Virus record (IMG/VR): IMGVR_UViG_3300045988_073455
Reading direction: 5' to 3' (one strand)
Source of the DNA: a virus
Length of the DNA: 64,000 bases
The notes under the pieces are model-generated. The model worked only from the letters and a program-made list of their open reading frames with translations. It was not told the DNA's origin and searched no databases. The first letter of the stretch is position 1. Every line of letters starts with the position of its first letter. The translations under genes and the position numbers were made by a program. Shown here one piece after another: positions 43,682-51,137 of the stretch.

Positions 43682-43829
43682 ATAAGTATCTGAATAACAA
43701 TAAGTTAAACTAAGTTAGCAAAAAGTACTTTATGCTCAAAACATTTGGTCATTTGCAAAAAAATGATTACCTTTGCACTATCAAAAATAAAATAACAATT
43801 TAAAAGATAGGAGATAAGAGCAATGAAAC
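43682..43829 (+). repeat. direct repeat, copy 2 (includes a 32-nt relic of the 3' end of gene 33827-34087)
   Basis: See 34056-34197. Confidence 0.85.
43744..43775 (+). promoter_or_regulatory. Bacteroidota-type promoter (TTTG-N20-TACCTTTG)
   Basis: TTTG at 43744-43747 and TACCTTTG at 43768-43775. Confidence 0.6.
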
Positions 43830-44236
43830 TAATTGGAATGGAAACGTCAGATTATAACGAAACACGTTATATACAATGTGAGACAATGGAAGAATACAAC
43901 GATGTTTTGAAACGTGAAAAGAGTAAACACGGAATTAAAAATGGTGCAGATGTTACCACTTACGTTTACGAAACATCAAATTCTTCAAAAGTTGCAGGAA
44001 AAGTCATTAATACAAACCTTGAAGTTGAAATCTACTATACTGGCGCAAAATTTCGTGAACTCTATGCAAAACCATCTACAAATCCAGAAATAGATAGAGA
44101 AGTAAAAGCTCATGAGGTGTATGGAGGCTGCGGCATAATCACATATAAGGAGAAAGGTATCTCAAAACAATACTATGGTGTTGGGCATAAAACATTCAAC
44201 ACCAAGAAAGAAGCGAAAAAATATATTGATGAGTAA
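43823..44236 (+). CDS. hypothetical protein
   Basis: 137-aa ORF with the motif start. Confidence 0.6.
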   Translation: MKLIGMETSDYNETRYIQCETMEEYNDVLKREKSKHGIKNGADVTTYVYETSNSSKVAGKVINTNLEVEIYYTGAKFRELYAKPSTNPEIDREVKAHEVYGGCGIITYKEKGISKQYYGVGHKTFNTKKEAKKYIDE

Positions 44237-44252
44237 TTAAAAGATAAGAGCA

Positions 44253-44471
44253 ATGAACGTTTACACAGAATCAGATAGATATACGGTATTACTTCACGCA
44301 TTCGACACTTTTGAAGGTGCTTGTGAGTATATAACTCAAATTATAAATGTATGGGAGTGTAAGGTTCTCCCCCTCATAAAAGCATGGAATGACGGTGTGG
44401 TTACAGCTAAATGGATGGCTAAGAAAACCGAAAAAGGAATAAAATTTGAATTGTTGGATAGCAATGTTTAA
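44253..44471 (+). CDS. hypothetical protein
   Basis: 72-aa ORF with the motif start. Confidence 0.55.
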   Translation: MNVYTESDRYTVLLHAFDTFEGACEYITQIINVWECKVLPLIKAWNDGVVTAKWMAKKTEKGIKFELLDSNV

Positions 44472-44486
44472 TAGGAGGAAACGGAT

Positions 44487-44678
44487 ATGACAGTATATGA
44501 ATTATCGGAACTTCAGAAAGAAGAACTCAAAACCGAAATATTGAAAGATAAGTTTGTTGGGTACAAACTTTCATTCAGAGAGTTAGCATGTGCTAATGAT
44601 TGCATCAGCGACCGAGAGTTGTTCGAAAAATTCAAGGACCAGACCTTTACGGATAATGACTTCATCGTATCACGCTAA
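44487..44678 (+). CDS. hypothetical protein
   Basis: 63-aa ORF preceded by AGGAGGAAACGGATATG, a rare SD-like site. Confidence 0.5.
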   Translation: MTVYELSELQKEELKTEILKDKFVGYKLSFRELACANDCISDRELFEKFKDQTFTDNDFIVSR

Positions 44679-44688
44679 ATGGAATCGT

Positions 44689-45009
44689 ATGGAATGCAAT
44701 TGCACAACAATAGAAGAGCTTAAATCCGTAACCACGCAGATTAGTGGTGATGAATGGAAAGATTTCTTCTCACTCATCAAAAAAGGCTCATATAGCCTTT
44801 ATGGTTTCCACCAGTTTCTTGATGAGAGACCAGACCTATGCTTATTAATTCAAGGTATAGGAGATTACCAAACTGCCATTAAAGCTACGTTAGACGAAAT
44901 CGGATTGAATGATGGTGATATAAATGGACCAGGAGGAAATCATCTTAAATTGATTGTGGCGGATCAGATAGGATTCATAGTATATGAAACTAAAGTTATG
45001 AACTTTTAA
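44689..45009 (+). CDS. hypothetical protein
   Basis: Internal ATG (MECNCTT...) of track ORF 44590..45009, located after the upstream stop. Confidence 0.5.
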   Translation: MECNCTTIEELKSVTTQISGDEWKDFFSLIKKGSYSLYGFHQFLDERPDLCLLIQGIGDYQTAIKATLDEIGLNDGDINGPGGNHLKLIVADQIGFIVYETKVMNF

Positions 45010-45024
45010 AAATAAGATAGAGCA

Positions 45025-45201
45025 ATGGAAGAGAACGTTATCATAGCAATGGATGCCGAAAAGTCTAAAAAGATAAAAGGCATTCCTTCAAGTTGGGACT
45101 GGGAAGATATTCATTTCTACCTCATTACTGAATTGGGATTCAATTTTGATGTTGTGTTCAATTATTCAAAAGACATAGAGGAGGTATCTTATGAAGGATA
45201 A
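45025..45201 (+). CDS. small hypothetical protein (58 aa, not in the track)
   Basis: ATAGAGCAATGGAA start. Overlaps the radC-like start by 11 nt. Confidence 0.45.
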   Translation: MEENVIIAMDAEKSKKIKGIPSSWDWEDIHFYLITELGFNFDVVFNYSKDIEEVSYEG

Positions 45202-45871
45202 TGCAAGAACTATCAAGTACGATTCTATCACATCATACGTAAAGGAATATGGGGTAGAATATCTTAGTAACGAGAACCTTATTGCTTCAATTATCGGTAT
45301 AGACCCTATGCTACAGGGTAATGAACCAATAAGAAAAATCTTTGATGGTAGTCATTCCCTCAGAAAGACAAGCAAGAGTACATTGCAGGAGCTTACATCT
45401 ATCAAAGGAATAGGTGAAAAGAAGGCTACCGCTATACTCGCTGCATTCGAACTTGGCAGAAGATTCATGAAAGAGAAGTCGCAAGAACTTACAGATTTGG
45501 GTAGTTCTCTCGACATCTACAACTATATTTTACCATACGTCAAGGATTTAGAAATAGAAGAATCTTATCTGTTCTGTATGGATAGCAACTTCAAGTTAAT
45601 CAAAATGGTTCGATTGTCACAAGGTGGAATATCAGAAACCACTATAGACGTAAGAATTGTGTGTAAAGAAGCTATCTCCTGCAATGCCGTAATAATAGCA
45701 TTGGTTCACAATCATCCAAGCCCTAACTGCTTTCCATCAAAGTCTGACGATGAGATAACATATAAGATACAGAAGGCTTGTGAAATTATGAGATTGTATT
45801 TTATGGACCACGTTATCATCAGTAGCAAGTCCGATCAGTATTACTCTTACCACGACAAAGGGAGACTATAG
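45191..45871 (+). CDS. radC: RadC-like JAB/MPN-domain protein
   Basis: HhH-like SIKGIGEKKATAILAAFELGRR and the JAMM motif LVHNHPSPNCFPSKSD. Confidence 0.85.
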   Translation: MKDNARTIKYDSITSYVKEYGVEYLSNENLIASIIGIDPMLQGNEPIRKIFDGSHSLRKTSKSTLQELTSIKGIGEKKATAILAAFELGRRFMKEKSQELTDLGSSLDIYNYILPYVKDLEIEESYLFCMDSNFKLIKMVRLSQGGISETTIDVRIVCKEAISCNAVIIALVHNHPSPNCFPSKSDDEITYKIQKACEIMRLYFMDHVIISSKSDQYYSYHDKGRL

Positions 45872-45982
45872 GCTACAAGCCGATAAAATACCTCAAACCC
45901 ATAATTACATACCAAAAGAATCTAACTTGAACACAGAAGATATTTTGCACGTTTAAGTGCATTTTTATTGCATCTTATCTTT

Positions 45983-46010
45983 CAAGGGAGGGCTGTGAAG
46001 TTCTCCCTTG
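45983..46010 (+). terminator. hairpin (8-bp perfect stem) after radC
   Basis: CAAGGGAG (45983-45990) pairs with CTCCCTTG (46003-46010). No clear T-run follows. Confidence 0.4.
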
Positions 46011-46054
46011 ATTATTGAAATGAAAATAATTTCTCACTTTTTTTGCAAAAACTA

Positions 46055-46085
46055 TTTGTTGATTAAATAATATTTCGTATATTTG
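46055..46085 (+). promoter_or_regulatory. putative late promoter (TTTG-N19-TATATTTG)
   Basis: The cassette is shared with 34825-34889. It precedes the scaffold and capsid genes. Confidence 0.55.
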
Positions 46086-46159
46086 CACCCATAAAAGCGT
46101 GTGAAGATGCACGTGACAGAACTTTTCGTAACATTGCTCTTACACCGAGTTCTACGTTT

Positions 46160-46193
46160 GGTCTGCCTGCATTTCGCTCGCAGACCATTTTTT
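46160..46193 (+). terminator. intrinsic terminator inside the late-operon leader
   Basis: GGTCTGC (46160-46166) pairs with GCAGACC (46180-46186), followed by ATTTTTT. It lies between the promoter and the scaffold ATG at 46216. Confidence 0.6.
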
Positions 46194-46215
46194 GTTAAAT
46201 ATAACTCAACAAGCA

Positions 46216-46950
46216 ATGAACAAGTATTACAGAAAAGTTCTTGAAGCACTGAAAACCAATCGAGACATTAAGGCATTGGGGTTCAGTCGTAAGGAGTTAA
46301 AGGGTGTTGCCGCCAATGTTGCCAACAAACTTCAACTCAAAGATGATGCTACTGACGAAGAAGTTAGTGAAGGTATTAGTGACGCAATTGATGATGTCTT
46401 GCCGTTACTCCAGTTAACTCAGTCCGCAGCTGACCGCCAAGTCTCAGAGTACAAAAACGCTCATCCTGCACCCGATGATGACGATGATCCAGATGACGAT
46501 CCAGATGATGATGACGATCCAGCACGTAGAAGTCCGTCACGGAAGGGCAAGAAGGGCAAGAAGGATAGCGATGATGATGACTCCGCTACCCTCAACGCAA
46601 TCAAGGAACTTACGAAGGCTGTTGCTACACTCCAAGGTGATGTAACTGCATTGAAGTCTGGCAATACCACAAACAGCCGTACCGCAAAGGTAAGGGAACT
46701 GCTGAAGGACACAGGTAAGTTCGGAGAGCGTCGACTTAAATCTTTCTCTCACATGAAGTTTGAGAATGAAGAGGAGTTTGAGGACTACCTCGATGAGTTG
46801 AAGGAAGATATTGAGGAAGAGAACAAGGAAAGACTTGAAAAGGGTCTTGAAAAGCTTGGACGAATCCCTGCTCCCGATACCAAACCTCAGCCAAAGGAGG
46901 AAGATAAGTTAATGTCTGATGATGAAGTCAAGAGGCTGGCTAAGATGTAA
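46216..46950 (+). CDS. scaffolding protein (acidic, coiled-coil)
   Basis: Position before the capsid gene, D/P-rich acidic tract, and helical charged C-terminus. The ATG follows AGCAATGAAC. Confidence 0.6.
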   Translation: MNKYYRKVLEALKTNRDIKALGFSRKELKGVAANVANKLQLKDDATDEEVSEGISDAIDDVLPLLQLTQSAADRQVSEYKNAHPAPDDDDDPDDDPDDDDDPARRSPSRKGKKGKKDSDDDDSATLNAIKELTKAVATLQGDVTALKSGNTTNSRTAKVRELLKDTGKFGERRLKSFSHMKFENEEEFEDYLDELKEDIEEENKERLEKGLEKLGRIPAPDTKPQPKEEDKLMSDDEVKRLAKM

Positions 46951-46983
46951 TCATCTATTGTTTCACTAATAAATTATTAGATT

Positions 46984-47385
46984 ATGGTAGCAGAAGACTA
47001 CAAGCCAAAAACCAAAGGCTACGACATGGGTAAGGACGCTGTGGTTATCCGTCAGTATCTCGGTGGTATCACAGGCGGTAGAGCACTCGACTACGCCAAC
47101 TTCAAGGATGAGGTTATTCAGGCAGGTCACATCATTGTCCGCAAGAAGGTTGATGATGTTTATGAGTATTCTCCACTTGAAACCGAAGGCGGTAAGTACA
47201 AAGACAAGACTAGTGATGCAGAATTTGCTGGTGTTGTTGTTCGCTCACGCATGAAGGGTGAAGCGGTTGCCATTATGGATAATGGTCGCGTGAATGATGT
47301 TGCAATGCCTTATCAGTTCAAGGACGGAACTCAGAGAACCGCCATCAAGACCGCTCTCCCAAGTCTTATTTTTGAGCATGACTAA
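46984..47385 (+). CDS. head-associated hypothetical protein
   Basis: 133-aa ORF between the scaffold and capsid genes. Confidence 0.5.
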   Translation: MVAEDYKPKTKGYDMGKDAVVIRQYLGGITGGRALDYANFKDEVIQAGHIIVRKKVDDVYEYSPLETEGGKYKDKTSDAEFAGVVVRSRMKGEAVAIMDNGRVNDVAMPYQFKDGTQRTAIKTALPSLIFEHD

Positions 47386-47421
47386 GTTGTGCTCTAGTTT
47401 TTAACTTAAAAGATTGTTTAT

Positions 47422-48783
47422 ATGAACGAATCACTTTTTATTCAGTTTATTCGTGCTATCTTCCCTAAACTTAGCTTGTATGTTAAGGAGAAGGAGAATC
47501 CGAAGGAGCGCACCTACCTCTACAAGGAGATGCTTACCGATGTGTATTCTGCCGATCAGAAATGGGAAGGTTCATCAGCTAAGACCACATATGTAGCTGC
47601 CGACATCGTTGAGATGGATTCAGACATTCCTTTGAAGAAGCGTGGTCAAATCGCAACCTCTAATGGTAAGTTGCCAAAGATTGCGATGAAGAAGATTCTC
47701 ATGGAGTCTGACATCAACAACATCAACATTATGAAGGCTCAGTACGAGAACCTTGTAGCAAGAGCCAACTCATTCCAGGCGCAAGGTTTGGTTGAGCAGG
47801 CTGCATCAACACGACAGGCTGCTGAAACTGCAAAGGCTCGTATCATCAACAAGCTCATGAATGATGGTGTCGCTTGCTCTGTCGGTCTCGAAGAGCGTAA
47901 CGAAATGAACTTCTTGGCTGGTCTCTCTAATGGTATTATTGCCGTTGAAGATGCAGACAATTCGGGTAAGGCTATCCGTGTTGACTATGGTTACATGAAG
48001 GCTAACTCTTTCAAAACAGCAACCAATGGTGTTACTACCCGTGATGATTTCGAGAAAATCTTCGAAAAGGCAAATGCTGATGGTAATACCATCATACAGG
48101 TTATGCTCGCTAAGACGCAGATTAAGAAAATCCGCAAGGAGCAGTGGGCGAAAGAACTTGTTGCCGACTACGAGGGTAAGACTTATACCGAAAATACCAA
48201 GCTCAAGACACCATCGGAGTCAGCTTTCTCGGAAGCATTCGAGGATGAGTTCGGTGCAGCCATCAAGGTTATCAACAGAACCGTGATTATCGAGAAGAAC
48301 GGAAAGCAGCACTCTCTCAAACCATGGAATGAGGATAACATTATCTTCATCTGTAACACCAACGTAGGCTCTTTCGTTTGGGGTACCCTTGCAGAGGACA
48401 CCAACCGAGTAGCAGGTGTTCAGTACTCTAACGTTGACAGCTACAAGCTTATCTCTAAGTACTCCAAGAATGAGCCATCTTTGCAGGAGGTTACCGCAGG
48501 ACAGGCTATCTGCTTGCCAGTAATCGAGGACGTAGATCAGATTTACATGCTTACTACCAAGTCTGAGGAGGTTGATACAGAAGCCGAGACAGACGATACT
48601 ACCGATCAGTATACAACTTACAAGGGTAAGAAGTATAATAAGGCTAACCTCATCGCTGCTTTGAAGGCTGCTGGTGTCAATGTGAAGACTAACTCAACCG
48701 ATGAGACTCTGATTAAGGCTCTCAACTCACTCAGCGATGAGGAGGAAGCCGAAGTTCTCTCTAAACTCACTCCAGAGGTTTAA
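47422..48783 (+). CDS. major capsid protein (by synteny and size)
   Basis: 453-aa ORF after the scaffold gene. No motif-level proof. Confidence 0.6.
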   Translation: MNESLFIQFIRAIFPKLSLYVKEKENPKERTYLYKEMLTDVYSADQKWEGSSAKTTYVAADIVEMDSDIPLKKRGQIATSNGKLPKIAMKKILMESDINNINIMKAQYENLVARANSFQAQGLVEQAASTRQAAETAKARIINKLMNDGVACSVGLEERNEMNFLAGLSNGIIAVEDADNSGKAIRVDYGYMKANSFKTATNGVTTRDDFEKIFEKANADGNTIIQVMLAKTQIKKIRKEQWAKELVADYEGKTYTENTKLKTPSESAFSEAFEDEFGAAIKVINRTVIIEKNGKQHSLKPWNEDNIIFICNTNVGSFVWGTLAEDTNRVAGVQYSNVDSYKLISKYSKNEPSLQEVTAGQAICLPVIEDVDQIYMLTTKSEEVDTEAETDDTTDQYTTYKGKKYNKANLIAALKAAGVNVKTNSTDETLIKALNSLSDEEEAEVLSKLTPEV

Positions 48784-48794
48784 TTTGAATTGAT

Positions 48795-49118
48795 ATGAAG
48801 ACAATAAAGCAAGCATTGATTGATGAAATCCACTACCCTATCCCTTTAGGATTCGTGGAGAATAAGATGATAGAACGTCAGCTTAATGGTGATGATGAAT
48901 ATACATTCGAGGTCGCTCAGTCCAAGGAATGGAAAGGTGCGCTTGCTGATTGTCTGTACTCTCTCATACAAGCTGTAAGCTTATCCGAGTCAGACAAGAG
49001 CATTGGAACACTATCTGACAAGGATAAGGAAAGGCTGCTAGTGCGAATAAATGCTTTATACAAAACCATCGGTGAATCCCCTGCACTGGGTCAACCGATG
49101 GTTTATATAGGAGGTTAA
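48795..49118 (+). CDS. head-tail connector/adaptor (by position)
   Basis: 107-aa ORF after the capsid gene. Confidence 0.45.
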   Translation: MKTIKQALIDEIHYPIPLGFVENKMIERQLNGDDEYTFEVAQSKEWKGALADCLYSLIQAVSLSESDKSIGTLSDKDKERLLVRINALYKTIGESPALGQPMVYIGG

Positions 49119-49121
49119 GAT

Positions 49122-49454
49122 ATGGCTGTATTGGATTTCGCTGCTCATACCCTAGATTACCTACACGTAACTGATGGGTATGAAGACGATAACGGAGACT
49201 ATGTTCAAGGCTCAGAAGAATGGGTGGAGAACTATTGTAAGTGTGATATTGTTCCTGCTGGCAAGGCAAACGTTATCACTATCCCCGATGGTTCTGCAAA
49301 GAACTATTCCTACACCATCTACAACCTTCCTAGAGCATGCCGAGATTTCGAGTACGGAGACAAAATCCGTGTAAAGCTCTTCGGAAACGAAGTGAAGGAA
49401 TTTGTTGTACTCGGCTTTCATCGTTATCAACTGCAATGTAAAATATGGGTATAA
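49122..49454 (+). CDS. head closure / neck protein (by position)
   Basis: 110-aa ORF. Confidence 0.45.
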   Translation: MAVLDFAAHTLDYLHVTDGYEDDNGDYVQGSEEWVENYCKCDIVPAGKANVITIPDGSAKNYSYTIYNLPRACRDFEYGDKIRVKLFGNEVKEFVVLGFHRYQLQCKIWV

Positions 49455-49927
49455 AACTCTCAACCTCTCAGTCTGCGCTCGATAACTTTTTTCAGTCCGC
49501 TATGGCGATAATAAAGCAAGAAATCCTCACTGCTTATGCCAAGCTAGGAGAAGAATGTAATGCAAGGATAAGAGATCGCTCGGCAGAGGAAAGTTGGATA
49601 GACCATACAGGAAACCTACGAAGCTCCATCGGTTATGCCATCTTTGACTACGGAAGGAAACAAGTAGAATCAGCCTTTGCTTCCATAGGCAATGGTTCTA
49701 ATGGTTCACAAGAAGGAAGACAAATGATAGCTGACCTAGCCAAGGAATACTCACAGGTTTACGCATTGGTAGTAGTCGCGGCTATGAACTATGCAGACTT
49801 TGTAGAAGCTAAAGAAAATAAAGATGTGCTTGCATCCACTGAGTTATGGGCTCGTTCCGTCGTTGATGGTAAACTAAAGCTCGCTGTGGATAAAGCTGTA
49901 AGTAGAATCAATCAGATAAAGCTATGA
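49445..49927 (+). CDS. HK97 gp10-like neck/tail-completion protein
   Basis: IDHTGNLRSSIGY matches the gp10-family TGNLRxSI signature. Confidence 0.6.
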   Translation: MGIKLSTSQSALDNFFQSAMAIIKQEILTAYAKLGEECNARIRDRSAEESWIDHTGNLRSSIGYAIFDYGRKQVESAFASIGNGSNGSQEGRQMIADLAKEYSQVYALVVVAAMNYADFVEAKENKDVLASTELWARSVVDGKLKLAVDKAVSRINQIKL

Positions 49928-50343
49928 AATCGGATATTGATATTAAGGATGATGTGTACAACATTATCTCTTCTTCGAAATTAAAGACTGCTGTAACAGG
50001 TAGTCTTTGCAAGCGAGGAAGACCATTCTATGGAACAGGTACAACTGGCAAGGAAGATATTTGCATCTCAGTGCTAGCAAATCAAACCTCGCAAATCCAA
50101 GAAGCTTTCGTGAATGTAAACATCTATGTTCAAGATCAAGCTATCACAAAGAAAGGCAATACCCGAAAGGAAGAGAACACGGCAAGGCTCCGTGAGTTAT
50201 GCCAACTCTCTTTCTATACCTTCGAAGCAGTTCATGGATCGGATTTCCGTTTGTCTATGAGCGAACAGAGGGTAATAGCTTGCGAGGGCACAAGAGAGCA
50301 CATCATTAATAACAAATTATTGTATCAAACTATAAACGATTAA
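49924..50343 (+). CDS. tail completion/terminator protein (by position)
   Basis: 139-aa ORF. Confidence 0.45.
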   Translation: MKSDIDIKDDVYNIISSSKLKTAVTGSLCKRGRPFYGTGTTGKEDICISVLANQTSQIQEAFVNVNIYVQDQAITKKGNTRKEENTARLRELCQLSFYTFEAVHGSDFRLSMSEQRVIACEGTREHIINNKLLYQTIND

Positions 50344-50347
50344 GATT

Positions 50348-50950
50348 ATGTCAGTAATAACATGGGGAAAACCATCCATCTATGTTCGTGACCTTAGTGT
50401 TGCAACCAACAACTGGAAGAAGCTTGATACTCCAAAGGAGAACACTACTCAGTTGAACCCTACCAAGGGTGATACAACAGAAGCTAAGGAGGAAGGTGGC
50501 GGTATTGTCGATTCCAAGACAGCTAAGTCCACCTACGAACTCGTTTATCAAGAGTTCATCAAGAAGGGCTTATCTCAGCCTTTCCCTACCATTGATGGAC
50601 TTATCGAAGGAAACTACGCTATCGCTGTTCAGCCGGAAGATGCAGAGAACCCTGGCTGCTATATCGGCAAGTCAACCGTAAGCGTGGAGGAGTCATATTC
50701 TTCAGCGGATGGTGCTTTGATGCAGTACACCCACAAGGCTCTTGTGCCAGAGGGTGACGAGGTAGCAAAGACCACCAACAAGAAGGGTGAGACCGTATAT
50801 TGTCAGTTCCGTTGGCGCATCATCACAGCCAAGAAAGCTAAGGGTAAGACTGATGAATATGTTCTTACATTCAAGCATCCTGCAGGTGCTACAGACACAA
50901 CAACGGAGATAACTGTTCCAACAAACGGACAGGTCGAAGGTGGCGCCTAA
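50348..50950 (+). CDS. major tail (tube) protein (by position)
   Basis: 200-aa ORF, the last gene before the chaperone and tape-measure genes. Confidence 0.55.
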   Translation: MSVITWGKPSIYVRDLSVATNNWKKLDTPKENTTQLNPTKGDTTEAKEEGGGIVDSKTAKSTYELVYQEFIKKGLSQPFPTIDGLIEGNYAIAVQPEDAENPGCYIGKSTVSVEESYSSADGALMQYTHKALVPEGDEVAKTTNKKGETVYCQFRWRIITAKKAKGKTDEYVLTFKHPAGATDTTTEITVPTNGQVEGGA

Positions 50951-51009
50951 GGCAATATGTTGATTTCTTCTCACCCTTCAGCCGATTGAGGGTTATCAGT
51001 CGGCAACCT

Positions 51010-51117
51010 ACCCAAGTAGCTCAGTTGGTTAGAGCGAGACCAAAGTCCGTCACATGAAATCCAGTTGGTCTTTAAAAAGCTGGTTGAAAGACGCAGGTTC
51101 GAGTCCTGCCTTGGGTG
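51010..51117 (+). tRNA. tRNA-like element, 108 nt: canonical acceptor, D and T arms with an about 51-nt segment where a 17-nt anticodon arm is expected
   Basis: Acceptor ACCCAAG/CTTGGGT, D arm GCTC-AGTTGGTTA-GAGC, T arm GCAGG-TTCGAGT-CCTGC. The central region folds alternatively as AGACCAA/TTGGTCT (21-nt loop) or GTCTTT/AAAGAC (13-nt loop). Confidence 0.45.
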
Positions 51118-51137
51118 CTAACAAATATTATTGGCTT

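Noticed and set aside
43425-43700. Minus-strand ORF of 91 aa downstream of terL, and the minus-strand ORF 46052..46249.
   Set aside because: Both span promoter, terminator and repeat cassettes that are conserved as DNA elements elsewhere in the window. Their translations are low-complexity and lack promoters or start contexts. The region is better explained as regulatory DNA.
46470-46520. D/P-rich tract (DDDDDPDDDPDDDDDP) in the scaffold gene as a possible tandem DNA repeat or contingency locus.
   Set aside because: The GATGA(T/C)-type triplet reiteration is short and imperfect, and it stays in frame. Acidic low-complexity tracts are common in scaffolding proteins.
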